The translations under genes were made by a program, and so were the position numbers. Positions 1 to 9,044 of a DNA stretch of 40,807 nt are shown here, piece after piece (position 1 is the stretch's first letter; every line of letters begins with the position of its first letter). The notes beneath the pieces were generated by a model. That model ran no database searches. It saw nothing but the letters and a program-made list of their open reading frames with translations, and was not told the origin of the DNA. The stretch is from a virus (Duplodnaviria; Caudoviricetes). The stretch is from IMG/VR virus record IMGVR_UViG_3300033513_000025, positions 1 through 40,807 of that record. One strand, written 5' to 3'.

Positions 1-127
1 GCGGCGACGGCCAGGCGCAGGGTTTGCCCGTCCTCGCCGGCCTCGCTGGCGCCGATCTCCAGGCCGCGCGTTTCGATCTTCTCGCCCGTGCCGTGGACGT
101 AGATGCCGTTCTCCAGGGGGTTCGAGG
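1..127. repeat. Terminal direct repeat identical to 40681-40807 (circular assembly overlap)
   Basis: The first 127 nt match the last 127 nt exactly, and the portal reading frame is continuous across the junction. Confidence 0.97.
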
Positions 128-947
128 TGGTGAGTTGTTTTTTCTTCTCGTCCACCAGGCTGTCGTCGGAGACCTCGACGTCGAGTATGCCCTGGCGGGT
201 GCGGTAGCGGTTGAGGCGCACGCGGTCTCTGAGCCATTCTGAGTAGCGCTTCACCCACGGGAGGACAGGTCCGAGATCTCCCTCGCCCCTGACGGCTCCT
301 AGAGGCTTGTTGACGGACCAGTGCAGCATGAGGGGATCGAGGTGGCGGCCGGGCGCGCCGCGCAGGCGGCCGAACGCCTTTCTGTGCCCGGGCCCCATCC
401 ACCATTTGAGTTCGATCGTGGTGCCCTGGGTCTGGCCGTATTCGAGTTCTTGCTCGTAGTCGTCGGGGTCGGTGTGGATCTCGCGCACTTGTTGGGCAAC
501 GGCCGGGAAGCGCACGTAGGACATTCCGTCGGCGTGGTTGGTGAAAAGGACCGGGAAGAGCTCGCCCGCGCGGGTGAGTTCGTCGCACATTGGCCCTAGC
601 CGGCGGGAGATTTGGTTGTTGGGATGGTTCCAGAACGCCTGGGCAAAGTCGTTGACCTCGCCGATGCTGCTGGATACGGAAATGCCGCGGCCGACGACGT
701 AGGAGCGGGTTAACGTGACGAGGCGGCGCACGAGGAAATTCTTGCGCCAGGCCTCGAGGGCGTCGGTGAGGTCGTCCAGCCGCTCGCCCCAGGGCCGGTC
801 GGTGGGGCCGGTGTCGCCGCCGAGTTGCTGCCAGCCGCGCGAGTCGTCCACGCGCGCGCTGACGGCGGCGGTGACGGCGGCCTCGATCACGTCGTGAAAG
901 AGGGCGTTAGCGAGTCGCTGTTTCAGGGTCGGCTTGGTCTTGCTCAC
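1..947 (-). CDS. Phage portal protein, N-terminal part (continues at 40680-40257; about 456 aa total)
   Basis: GTG at 947 (MSKTKPTLKQRLANALFHDVIEAAV...). The frame joins ORF 40257..40613 across the origin (947+424=1371 nt). It lies between terminase and capsid genes. Confidence 0.8.
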   Translation of the reverse strand, partial: MSKTKPTLKQRLANALFHDVIEAAVTAAVSARVDDSRGWQQLGGDTGPTDRPWGERLDDLTDALEAWRKNFLVRRLVTLTRSYVVGRGISVSSSIGEVNDFAQAFWNHPNNQISRRLGPMCDELTRAGELFPVLFTNHADGMSYVRFPAVAQQVREIHTDPDDYEQELEYGQTQGTTIELKWWMGPGHRKAFGRLRGAPGRHLDPLMLHWSVNKPLGAVRGEGDLGPVLPWVKRYSEWLRDRVRLNRYRTRQGILDVEVSDDSLVDEKKKQLTTSNPLENGIYVHGTGEKIETRGLEIGASEAGEDGQTLRLAVA

Positions 948-1179
948 GTGTACCTGTGCCCCGGGCGTGCTGTTCTTTGGGGTGCTGCGTGTGGCGGCGC
1001 GCCTCCAGCCTGGCGGCGACGGCCTGGCGGATGGCCTCGACCTCGGCGCGCAGGGTCTTGATCTCCACGATGGCGGCTTTGAGAATGGGTCTGGCAGCCT
1101 CGTTGGTGGCGCTCTCCAGCAGGAGTTGCAGGCCGTGCACGACGTCTATTTTTCCTGTACTGGTAGGTTTGTCTGGCAT
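907..1179 (-). CDS. Hypothetical coiled-coil protein (90 aa)
   Basis: ATG start, helical composition, overlaps the portal start. Confidence 0.55.
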   Translation of the reverse strand: MPDKPTSTGKIDVVHGLQLLLESATNEAARPILKAAIVEIKTLRAEVEAIRQAVAARLEARRHTQHPKEQHARGTGTREQDQADPETATR

Positions 1180-1291
1180 TGGAAAGCCTCTAAAGAAGCC
1201 GGAAATTTGTCAAGTTTGGGTCTACTTGACATAGCATATGTAGTCGGAAGTAGAATTCTAAGAATTTCTTTGCCAAATCTTCACCAAAGTC

Positions 1292-1486
1292 TCACTTTTG
1301 AGGCCTTTCCTGGGCTTTTGTGCGGGCGTCGGAGACGGCCTGGATGAAGGTCTCACGCTCGATCATCGTCGCCCCGGAGAAGTAGAGTGCGACCCGGTCC
1401 TCTCCGTGCGCGTGCATAAAGGTGACGCTGGCGCGGTGTGTGACACACCACTGGATGGCGTGCTCGGCGGTGAGTTGGTCTGTCAT
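1292..1486 (-). CDS. Hypothetical protein (64 aa)
   Basis: ATG overlaps the upstream stop (TAATG). Confidence 0.6.
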   Translation of the reverse strand: MTDQLTAEHAIQWCVTHRASVTFMHAHGEDRVALYFSGATMIERETFIQAVSDARTKAQERPQK

Positions 1487-1707
1487 TAGAGTTCTCCGCG
1501 CGTGATGAGCCTGCTGAGGTCGGCCACGTCTATCTGTGTTGGCGTGGCGCCCTCGGCGACGGGTGGTAGACGTTCGTCGTCGAAGCGGATCTCGATAATG
1601 TGGGTGATGGGGTCGGACTGTACCCCCGTCACCTGGAACGGCACTCCGAGCATCGCCTGGAGTTGAGTGGGTGAGATTCGGATTATGGCTGCGTGTACTG
1701 TTACCAT
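1486..1707 (-). CDS. Hypothetical protein (73 aa, MVTVHAAIIRISP...)
   Basis: ATG at 1707 overlaps the end of TerL, with a GAGGGG RBS. Confidence 0.6.
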   Translation of the reverse strand: MVTVHAAIIRISPTQLQAMLGVPFQVTGVQSDPITHIIEIRFDDERLPPVAEGATPTQIDVADLSRLITRGEL

Positions 1708-3410
1708 TCCCCCTCCTCGTCTATGTTCCTGAGCACGTCCTCTGTCTGGATCACGGCGCTTTTCCCCGTGCCTGGCCATTGCTGCTGGTCGAGCATTGCC
1801 GTGAGTGCCGCGCTGATCAGCAGGTCGTCGTGGCCGTACGCAATCAGGCCGTCGTAGGCCGGAGTTTCCCACACGCCCCAGCGGATCGTCTGGGTCTGGC
1901 CCTGGCGAACCTCGTATTGACAGCTGGCCACCTCGTACCAGAATTGGCGCGTGTCGGCCTGGTCATCCTCTACATAGTCTCTGTAGCGGCCGGTTTCGAC
2001 GACAGAGACGAAATCCCAGCCCAGTTTGCTCTTGAGGCCCTCAGAGAACGTTACTCTGATCAGCTTCTCGCCGAGTGCCCGCTCCAGGAACGATGCCAGA
2101 CCGGCGCCCACACCGGTCGCGTCCACCAGGACGAACATCGCGTGCCAGTGGCGGGATAGGGCGAGGATCTGGTCGAACAGGCTGGCGTGCTTGGTGCCGA
2201 GCCAGAACTTGCGGTCTACGGCTCTGTACGTCGGCAGCCGCCCGATGTCGATTTGGACCTCGACCACGGTCAGGGCGGTGGCGTCGCGCTTCGGGTTCTC
2301 CAGCATCATCCTGGACATTGCATCGCCGGGTTGCTCTTCCTCGCCGGCTACGTCTATCAGCAGGGCGTAGCGCTTGCCGGGTTCTGGCTCGTGCCTGCGC
2401 GGGTGATCGCCTCTCATGAGCGCCCGGCGCAGTTCCGGGAACAGGCCGCCCTGGGCGTCGATCTGCTCCAGGAAATACTGGGTCTTGATGAGTGGGTGGT
2501 TGCGCCCAAGCCTGGCCACTTCTGAGGCGACGTACTCGCCGTATGACGGGACTTCTGCGCCTACGACGTCGGCGTCGTAGAGGAAGACGCGGCGCTGACC
2601 GTCTCGTGCTTCCTGGTGCCTGAGTTGCGCGATGGTCTGAGCCAGGAGGGTCTCGCTGGTCCAGGCCGTGCCCCACAGCACGGTGGTGGCGTTGGTGGAA
2701 GCGCCCATCGGGCGGAAGTCCTTTTGCCACTTGTCGTGTCTGACGTCCTGGGCCTCGTCGCACTCGAGCAGCAGATCAGCCGTTGCCCCAACCACGTTTG
2801 AGTGTGGGTCCGCGGAGAAGAACAGGGCGCGCGCCTTGCCTATCTCGATGATGTACCCCTCGCGCCGTTTGACCGCTCTGCCCCAGTCATTGTCGAGCCG
2901 GTCTGCCAGGCGCATCATGGAGTTAACGGTCTGGGGCTTGAACGTGGGGGAGGCCTTGACGATCTGAGCGCCTTTTCTGCGGTAGAGATGGAGCAGGTAT
3001 GCCTCCAGTTGGCCGCTGAGCTCGTTCTTCCCGGCCTGGCGGGACATCATCACGGCGAAGGTCAAGCCCTTGTTGTACAGGATGGACTTGAGGATGGCCT
3101 GGGCCGGCTCGATCTGGTAGGAGCGCAGGGGGCGCTTGGTGACGACTCTGGTGAAGGTGGTGACGTCGGTGAGCCACCCGAGGATGCCGCCGCCGTGCTC
3201 CTTGCAGACGGTGAGCAGGTCGGCGCGCAGGCGCTTTTCCTGCCGCTCGAGTTTGCGCTTCTCCTTGACCAGCTGGAGCGGTACGTCGGTAGTGAGGACG
3301 TATTCGCTCATGCGCTCCTCGATGAGGAGTATGTTGGTGCGCGTTTCGGCCAGTGTGTGGCGTAGTGTTTTAAGGTGCTCCTGGTCGATCGGGGAATCAG
3401 GCTTTGGCAT
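1701..3410 (-). CDS. terL: Terminase large subunit
   Basis: LRSYQ motif, Walker A-like MSRQAGKN, Walker B LLECDEAQ, nuclease motifs LIDVAG, VDATGVG and HDDLLIS. ATG at 3410 follows GGGAGG. Confidence 0.9.
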   Translation of the reverse strand: MPKPDSPIDQEHLKTLRHTLAETRTNILLIEERMSEYVLTTDVPLQLVKEKRKLERQEKRLRADLLTVCKEHGGGILGWLTDVTTFTRVVTKRPLRSYQIEPAQAILKSILYNKGLTFAVMMSRQAGKNELSGQLEAYLLHLYRRKGAQIVKASPTFKPQTVNSMMRLADRLDNDWGRAVKRREGYIIEIGKARALFFSADPHSNVVGATADLLLECDEAQDVRHDKWQKDFRPMGASTNATTVLWGTAWTSETLLAQTIAQLRHQEARDGQRRVFLYDADVVGAEVPSYGEYVASEVARLGRNHPLIKTQYFLEQIDAQGGLFPELRRALMRGDHPRRHEPEPGKRYALLIDVAGEEEQPGDAMSRMMLENPKRDATALTVVEVQIDIGRLPTYRAVDRKFWLGTKHASLFDQILALSRHWHAMFVLVDATGVGAGLASFLERALGEKLIRVTFSEGLKSKLGWDFVSVVETGRYRDYVEDDQADTRQFWYEVASCQYEVRQGQTQTIRWGVWETPAYDGLIAYGHDDLLISAALTAMLDQQQWPGTGKSAVIQTEDVLRNIDEEGEW

Positions 3411-3933
3411 GTCCTCCCGTTCCCATTCCCAGGTCCACTTGCAGGATCTCCTCGGCGATCTCGTAGGCTTCACGGAGGAGGTCGTCCATATCCTCGCCGC
3501 CGGTCTCAGTCTCCAGGCGCTTGAGGTCACGCTCGATCTTGACGCAGCGGCTGGCGGTCTGGCCCTGCAGCGCGGTCAACCGCGCGATGGTGTCGGGATC
3601 CAGGTTGTCCCAGTTGTCGTCGAGGTAGCGCTCCAGGCGCTCCAGACGGTGCCTGAGGCGGGCCTGGATCTCGCGGAGACTGTCAGGGTTCGTCTCGTCC
3701 TGGCTGTACAGGCCGTGGGTCTGCGCGTTCTTGTTGCCCGGTGGCGCCCCCACGGGCTTCTGACCCCCGCCGTGCGCTGCGCACAGTGGCGGGTTGCTCC
3801 CCCGGACTGCCCAGGCCCGACAGTGCCGGTCGGGTGCGCATAAATGGGAGCATCGTGCGCTTTTGGGCGCGGGGGATGCGCTCGATGGCGAGGTAGCGGG
3901 CGATGTTGAAGGCGAGACGGTAGAGGTGGCCAC
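3397..3933 (-). CDS. terS: Terminase small subunit (start uncertain)
   Basis: C..C..C..HGG motif followed by GAPPGNKNAQTHGLY, typical of TerS N-termini; directly upstream of terL. Confidence 0.7.
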   Translation of the reverse strand: MATSTVSPSTSPATSPSSASPAPKSARCSHLCAPDRHCRAWAVRGSNPPLCAAHGGGQKPVGAPPGNKNAQTHGLYSQDETNPDSLREIQARLRHRLERLERYLDDNWDNLDPDTIARLTALQGQTASRCVKIERDLKRLETETGGEDMDDLLREAYEIAEEILQVDLGMGTGGHAKA

Positions 3934-3959
3934 AGACGTGTTGGAGGATAGTCACGGGT

Positions 3960-4247
3960 CTACCGCTTGATCCAGCCGGCTGCGCGCTTGGTGAGCTTGT
4001 AGTAGCCGGGGATGGCCAGGACGGCGGCCAGGGCGACGACGACGGACTTGACGATAAAGTCCCACGGGGCTGGGAAGAAGCCGGAGTTGAAGACCTGTGC
4101 CAGGACGATGAACGCGGCGCCGAGCAGGATGGTGGTCAGTTCGGCGGCCCTGCCGGACAGTTTGAACCAGGCTTTGAGCAGTTCGACGATGCCGGGCACG
4201 AGCAGAAGGAGTTTGACTCCGGCGATTTGGAAGAGTTCGGGATCCAC
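3960..4247 (-). CDS. Probable holin (95 aa, 2-3 TM segments, basic C-terminus)
   Basis: Hydrophobic helices, YYKLTKR..IKR tail, GTG start with AGGAGG RBS. Confidence 0.65.
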   Translation of the reverse strand: MDPELFQIAGVKLLLLVPGIVELLKAWFKLSGRAAELTTILLGAAFIVLAQVFNSGFFPAPWDFIVKSVVVALAAVLAIPGYYKLTKRAAGWIKR

Positions 4248-4272
4248 GAGATGCCTCCTATGGCTGAAATAG

Positions 4273-4464
4273 AAAGGGGCGGCTCCTCAAGCAGACCGCC
4301 TCTTCGTCTCAGAAACCCGGAGGGCGGCCAGGCCGGCCAGGCTCCTGAAACGAAGAGGCGGTCACCTTAGAGGTGGCCGCCCCTTTATCGGCTGCTGCTC
4401 CCTGTCGCGTCACTTCCCCCAACAGGAGTTTCCCTAACAAGCACCACATCTGGCAGGGAGCAGC
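4273..4464 (-). ncRNA. Structured leader RNA/attenuator upstream of the holin-terminase operon
   Basis: Stems 4273-4283/4376-4386, 4294-4312/4345-4363 (its one mismatch is a G-U pair on the - strand) and 4394-4404/4454-4464. Confidence 0.5.
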
Positions 4465-4483
4465 GATATTGAGTTATGGGGAT

Positions 4484-4511
4484 ATTGTAGCACGGGTGTT
4501 CTGAATGTCAA
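4484..4511 (-). promoter_or_regulatory. Sigma70-type promoter TTGACA-N16-TACAAT with a LexA-like box (GAAC-ACCC-GTGC) in the spacer
   Basis: Near-consensus hexamers; the same architecture recurs at 27439-27466. Confidence 0.7.
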
Positions 4512-4546
4512 ATGTAGGAAATCAAAGGTGGAACCGCGGGTGGGGG

Positions 4547-4579
4547 AAAAAAAGACGCCGGTTTCCGGTGCCGGCGTCT
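4547..4579 (-). terminator. Intrinsic terminator after the PAPS-reductase-family gene
   Basis: AGACGCCGG/CCGGCGTCT stem followed by a U-run on the - strand. Confidence 0.75.
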
Positions 4580-4598
4580 GTTGCGTGTTTTTGGGGGT

Positions 4599-5861
4599 TT
4601 AGAGTTCGGGGTCGTGGGCCAGGTCGTTTGGGGCTGGCCTGCCGCCGAGGCCGTCCAGGTCGTCGAAGACGCATGGCTGGGCGCTTATGAGCTCGTCCGT
4701 GGGGAAGAGGTCGAAGAGGGCGAGTTGATTGTGATGACGGTTGAGGGCGCGCTGAAGGTTTCTAATCTGGTGCGCCATTCCGGCTTTCATGATGGTGTCC
4801 CACGCCTTGCGGTGGGTCTGGCGCAGGACGTAGAGGTGGGAGTTGGCATAGCCAAAGTCGGTGGCGCAGCCGATGCAGCCGTTGCGGCGGATGTTCTGCC
4901 GGGATCCGTCCTGGGCAATGTAGGTGAGGTCGTAGAGGGAGGCGTAGGGGACGTTGAAGCGGTGGATGTAGGCCCAGACGTCCGCGTCGGTCCAAATTGC
5001 CATTGGCTGGCAGTGGAAGAATGGGCGGCCGTGGAGATACTTCTTCTTGGCGCCTTCGAAGAGGTAGCCACGGGTGAGGAAGTTCTTGGCCCTGGAGCGT
5101 GACTCTGAGGCCATTAGGCCCTTGAAGATGAGGTCTACCCCCAGTTGCTCCTGGGCGCGCTCGGCGGGTTCCTTCTTGAGCGCCTGGCAGCAATGCTGGC
5201 TAATCTTGGCCTGCCTGAGTGTGTCGTAGTAGGCCAGGAGCGTGGGATCTGCACTTTGGCTGGTGGAGTAGCGGAGGAAGGTGTCTATGTTGATGCGGCG
5301 GGCGTCCAGTCGGCTCCACGCCTTGCCCAGGATCGGCCACCCGTACTGGTCCGTGCACCACCAGTACGACATGGTGGTGCCGGTGGGCCAGATAAGGCGC
5401 TGTTGCTCGAGTTGGGCGGTGAGCGCCGGCTGGCAGGCGCGCTCCAGCGCGTCGGTGGATTTGAGCTTGCCGTCGGTTTTGAGTACCTCGCCAATGCGGT
5501 CGGTTTCGATGAGGTGCTGCCAGATGATGCGTTGAGCGCTGTACTTGAGCCCTGGCCGGTCGGTCTTGGCCGGCCTGGTCTCGACGAGGTTGAGGTTCCA
5601 GTCGCGCTGCAACTGACGGGCGAACTGGATGCACTCGGGGAATTCCATCCCCGTGTTGCCGTAGATCACGGGCATGCTCTGGGCCTGCTCGGGGCAGGTG
5701 GCGTGGATGAGGTGCCGGAGGACGGTGGAGTCTTTGCCGGCTGAGAAGGCGATCGCCTGGCGCTGGGAAATGTCGAATGCTCGGCGGATGACGTCGGCGG
5801 CGACGTTGATCTTGTAGTGGAGATCCCGGGCCTGCTCGGCGTTGAGCTCAGCCCACTTCAC
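4599..5861 (-). CDS. Phosphoadenosine phosphosulfate reductase-family (PP-loop) protein, likely DNA modification
   Basis: AFSAGKDS PP-loop, NTGMEFPE, CCQALKKEP, GLMASESRSR, RNGCIGC. GTG start overlaps the upstream TGA. Confidence 0.85.
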   Translation of the reverse strand: MKWAELNAEQARDLHYKINVAADVIRRAFDISQRQAIAFSAGKDSTVLRHLIHATCPEQAQSMPVIYGNTGMEFPECIQFARQLQRDWNLNLVETRPAKTDRPGLKYSAQRIIWQHLIETDRIGEVLKTDGKLKSTDALERACQPALTAQLEQQRLIWPTGTTMSYWWCTDQYGWPILGKAWSRLDARRINIDTFLRYSTSQSADPTLLAYYDTLRQAKISQHCCQALKKEPAERAQEQLGVDLIFKGLMASESRSRAKNFLTRGYLFEGAKKKYLHGRPFFHCQPMAIWTDADVWAYIHRFNVPYASLYDLTYIAQDGSRQNIRRNGCIGCATDFGYANSHLYVLRQTHRKAWDTIMKAGMAHQIRNLQRALNRHHNQLALFDLFPTDELISAQPCVFDDLDGLGGRPAPNDLAHDPEL

Positions 5862-6196
5862 GGCTGCGCCTCCAGTGGCCACAGGGTGGCGTATACGTGG
5901 CCGGGATCGGCGGGGGTGTCTATGCGTATCAAGGGAGCGGTGGTGGTGCGGATGGTGTCGGGGTTGGGTGACGTGACGATTTTCAGGGTTTGGAGCAGGC
6001 GTGCGCCGCGCGCGTACTGCTGGTGCTTTTGGTGGGTGAGGTCGGCGCGTACGTGGGGATCGGTGATGTGGTCGAAGAGGTGATTGATCACCTGGTCGTG
6101 GGTGAGGCCGTTCTGTTCGACGTCGTAATTGACGGCGAGTGTAAAGCGCGCGGCCATCACGTCGGATTGAGTGATTTGTGCGGAGAGTTGAGCCAT
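5858..6196 (-). CDS. Hypothetical protein (112 aa)
   Basis: AGGAG RBS, coupled to the downstream gene. Confidence 0.65.
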   Translation of the reverse strand: MAQLSAQITQSDVMAARFTLAVNYDVEQNGLTHDQVINHLFDHITDPHVRADLTHQKHQQYARGARLLQTLKIVTSPNPDTIRTTTAPLIRIDTPADPGHVYATLWPLEAQP

Positions 6197-6203
6197 TGGC
6201 GGT

Positions 6204-6716
6204 TTACTCCTGTTGTGTCTGTTCTAGGGCGCGCTTGGCGCGCCGTCGTCCGCGCTCCACTCGGCAGGCTTTGGCGGCGACCTGGCCGATGTGGAGGTCC
6301 ATCATATTCGGGAAGACAGCCCGCAATTTGGCGGTGAGGTAGTCGAGTGCTGGAGTGTCGGGCGCCTCCTCCTGCTCGTCGTTCTGGGGCTCGGGCGACA
6401 GGACGGCGTCGGGCAGGGTGCGGGCGAGTTTCAGCGCGTACTCGTAGGCGCTGGCCTTGTCGGGCCGGCGGAAGTCGTTGGTTGGGTCGCGCTGCTGCTC
6501 GGCGCAGAATGAGCAGATTATGGCATCCTCCATCGTGGTGTGTACGCCGGTGGGCAAGCCGACCAGTCCGCGGGCTATGCGTGCGACGGTGCCAGAGATG
6601 GCCAGGTAGGGCTCTTTGGAGGGCTGGATCACGCGGCCACAGATGGCGCACGGTGCGGGTTGGCCGTGTTCGAGTTTCTCGCGGTCTGATAGGCGGTCGT
6701 CTCGGTTGTCATACAT
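6204..6716 (-). CDS. Hypothetical zinc-binding protein (170 aa)
   Basis: ATG at 6716 after AAGGAG; CAIC...CSFC pairs. Confidence 0.65.
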   Translation of the reverse strand: MYDNRDDRLSDREKLEHGQPAPCAICGRVIQPSKEPYLAISGTVARIARGLVGLPTGVHTTMEDAIICSFCAEQQRDPTNDFRRPDKASAYEYALKLARTLPDAVLSPEPQNDEQEEAPDTPALDYLTAKLRAVFPNMMDLHIGQVAAKACRVERGRRRAKRALEQTQQE

Positions 6717-6900
6717 TGGTGTCTCCTTCCTCAGGGATCTCGATGACGACGTAGCGGCACAGGTCGGGCCGACGGTTGGGGTCGTTGTTGTAATAGATGG
6801 CGGTCTCGTAGGCCGTGTTTCTGTCGTCGGTTTCGCCGCCGCGCAGGGTGTCAATGACTTGGCGGGTTGCGTCGCTGTACAGGCCGATCTTATAGCGCAT
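6709..6900 (-). CDS. Hypothetical protein (63 aa, MRYKIGLYSD...)
   Basis: ATG at 6900, overlaps the next gene. Confidence 0.6.
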   Translation of the reverse strand: MRYKIGLYSDATRQVIDTLRGGETDDRNTAYETAIYYNNDPNRRPDLCRYVVIEIPEEGDTNV

Positions 6901-6955
6901 TAGGTTGCTTTCTGCCAGGGCGGGGTTGTCCCGCCCTGGGCTTGGGCTTGGGTTG

Positions 6956-7660
6956 CTAGAACACGCGGTTGAGGTTTTCGAGGATGTCGTCGTAGTACTC
7001 GCGTGCGTAGTCGTCGATCGCGACGTTGAGCGCGCGCAGGACATCGAGTGGGTCCTGCACTACCTGGCCGTTGGCGATGTAGACCTCGTCGCCGCCGGCG
7101 CCGATCCACTTGCCGTCACTGGGGTGGCCGGCGTTCTTCCAGTACGGGAAGCCACTGATCCACTGCTCGACCTGGCTGGCGGTGGCTTCGACCACGGAGA
7201 AATGGGTGTCGGCGACTATGACGGCGTCATCGGGTATTTCCGGGGAGGTGGCGGGGCTGGGGACGTCGGGGCCGCGGAACTGGACGACGTAGAGGTGTGC
7301 CTGATTTTGGCTGGTGCGGTGCTGGGGGTCGTAGAACACGGCGCGAGTGGGCGTGCCGTGACCGCTGAGGGTGTTCCAGGCGTAGTAAATGGTGTGGGTG
7401 AGGCCGTCGGGATCCTGGTGGCTGGTGGACCAGATGGCTACCCGGTCCCCGCCGACCATCTCGCGCAGTTTGTTGGCGAATGCGTAGGGAGCGCGGTAGC
7501 CCTCGGCAACTTGCTCGATCTGGAGGCTGGTCGGGTGGATGGTGGCCAGATCCTCGGGAAGCGTGGGGTTGGCGGTTCGCCAGGTGCGCACGACGAACTG
7601 GCGGAGGGACTCGTCGGGCTGTCGGTCAATGCTGGTGAAGAGTGCGGTTAACTGTGGCAT
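6956..7660 (-). CDS. Hypothetical protein (234 aa)
   Basis: AAAGGAG RBS, normal composition, extended -10 (TGGTACACT) upstream. Confidence 0.75.
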   Translation of the reverse strand: MPQLTALFTSIDRQPDESLRQFVVRTWRTANPTLPEDLATIHPTSLQIEQVAEGYRAPYAFANKLREMVGGDRVAIWSTSHQDPDGLTHTIYYAWNTLSGHGTPTRAVFYDPQHRTSQNQAHLYVVQFRGPDVPSPATSPEIPDDAVIVADTHFSVVEATASQVEQWISGFPYWKNAGHPSDGKWIGAGGDEVYIANGQVVQDPLDVLRALNVAIDDYAREYYDDILENLNRVF

Positions 7661-7779
7661 TTCGGTTGGTCTCCTTTCTGTGATCTGATTCTGCTCTCAG
7701 TGTACCACACATCGCGCTGGATTGCTGTACGGAACGGTGTGTGGTTGGTGAACATTTGGTGTGTGATTGGTGAGTGAAA

Positions 7780-8052
7780 TCACCCACGGCCGGGTGGTAG
7801 CCGACGGGCCGGCGCAGGCCCTGGCAAGGATGGCGTGCCCAGCCGCTGGGCGTCGCGGTGGCCCAGGCGGTATGCGCAGTGGAGTGCGAGCTCGAGCGCG
7901 GCCTGGTGGCGGTGCCAGTCCTGGGGCGCGCTGGCGTATGCAAGGAGTGCCTCGTGGTCCAGGGGGTCCATCAGCTCGCCGAATCCTTCCCGGCTGATGA
8001 GCTCGATCGCGCGCTCGATGAGGTAGCGGTGGTGCTGTGTTCGTTCTGCCAT
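7780..8052 (-). CDS. Hypothetical protein (90 aa)
   Basis: AGGAG RBS and ATG start. Confidence 0.55.
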   Translation of the reverse strand: MAERTQHHRYLIERAIELISREGFGELMDPLDHEALLAYASAPQDWHRHQAALELALHCAYRLGHRDAQRLGTPSLPGPAPARRLPPGRG

Positions 8053-8215
8053 GGGGTGGGGCTCCTGGTGCCCACCTCGCCGATGATTTCCCGGGCGGGG
8101 AGCTCCTTTCCGGCGGGGTGGGCGTGTTTCCTTCTTCTACTACTACCCCCTCAAACCCCTCGCGTGGCCGATCTGGTGGGGCGGGGTGGGCTCGTGGGGG
8201 TAGTAGTAGTAGAAA

Positions 8216-9043
8216 TCAGACCAGGTCCATTTGCTCCTGGCTGCCGTGCAGGAGTGCGTTTCCATCCGCGAGGATCTCCTGCGGCGTGCGCGGGTCGGGC
8301 TGCGCCAGGCGGGCGCGGGCGTTCTTCTCGGCCAGGCGTTCGCGGGCTTCGATGGGCAAGAGCTCGCTGCCTTCCCAGTCAGCCGGGATGGTCTGGGTGT
8401 CGTCCACCATCCACGATTCGCGGGCAATCTCGCGCGGGCTGGGTGCGCCGTGGCTGCGGTTCAAAGCGTTCTTGAGTGCGCGGGTTTCTGCGCGCTGCTC
8501 CCACGTCCAGCCGGTGGGGAGTTTCTTCTCCTTCCCTTCCCGGGTGAGGCGGTCGGCGGTAGTGACGATGCCGACTGCGGGCGTGGCGGCAATCTCGAAC
8601 GCTTCCCGCCAGGTGGCCCCGCCCTGGATCAGGTCGCGGAGCAGCGGCCGGGCGTCGTCGCGCAGGATCCAACAGCGCACACCGATGGCGCCGGCGGGGA
8701 GTTCCTGCGGTCCCATCGGGTCGAATCTCTGGGAATACGGGCATTGCCGCTTTGCCCAGCGTACCAGGATTTTGTAGCCATCGTCGAGGACCAGGTCACC
8801 CCGGACATCGTCCCAGGCGTAGATTTCCCCGCGGAAGATGTTGGCGTCCGTGAGAATCGCGTACTGCGCGGCCGCCATGGCGTGTTCGAGCGAGAGTTTG
8901 GCGCCGCTGGGGAGCATGGTCTGGATTCGGCGCGCCAGTGAAAGCACATCTTGGCGGCTGCCGTATTCGATCAGCGTGAGGTCGGGCGCCGGTGTGGCGG
9001 GCGCGATTACGGTCTGCTTGGTCGTGGCGGTTAGCTCAGTCAT
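8216..9043 (-). CDS. RecT/Redbeta-like single-strand annealing protein
   Basis: ANIFRGEIY..DDGYKILVRWAKR and RAETRALKNALNRS resemble RecT/Bet core motifs; ATG at 9043 with AAAGGAG RBS. Confidence 0.65.
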   Translation of the reverse strand: MTELTATTKQTVIAPATPAPDLTLIEYGSRQDVLSLARRIQTMLPSGAKLSLEHAMAAAQYAILTDANIFRGEIYAWDDVRGDLVLDDGYKILVRWAKRQCPYSQRFDPMGPQELPAGAIGVRCWILRDDARPLLRDLIQGGATWREAFEIAATPAVGIVTTADRLTREGKEKKLPTGWTWEQRAETRALKNALNRSHGAPSPREIARESWMVDDTQTIPADWEGSELLPIEARERLAEKNARARLAQPDPRTPQEILADGNALLHGSQEQMDLV

Positions 9044-9044
9044 T

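Noticed and set aside
1-127. Biological terminal repeat
   Set aside because: It falls mid-portal and 127 is a common assembler k-mer length, so it is a circularisation overlap.
3683-3955. Programmed frameshift joining MTILQHVCG... to TerS
   Set aside because: It would need a +1 shift, whereas the A_AAG site predicts -1; unsupported.
8137-8209. 14-bp inverted repeat CTACTACTACCCCC after the RecT-like gene
   Set aside because: Real, but most simply a transcript-stabilising or terminating stem; nothing supports a further role.
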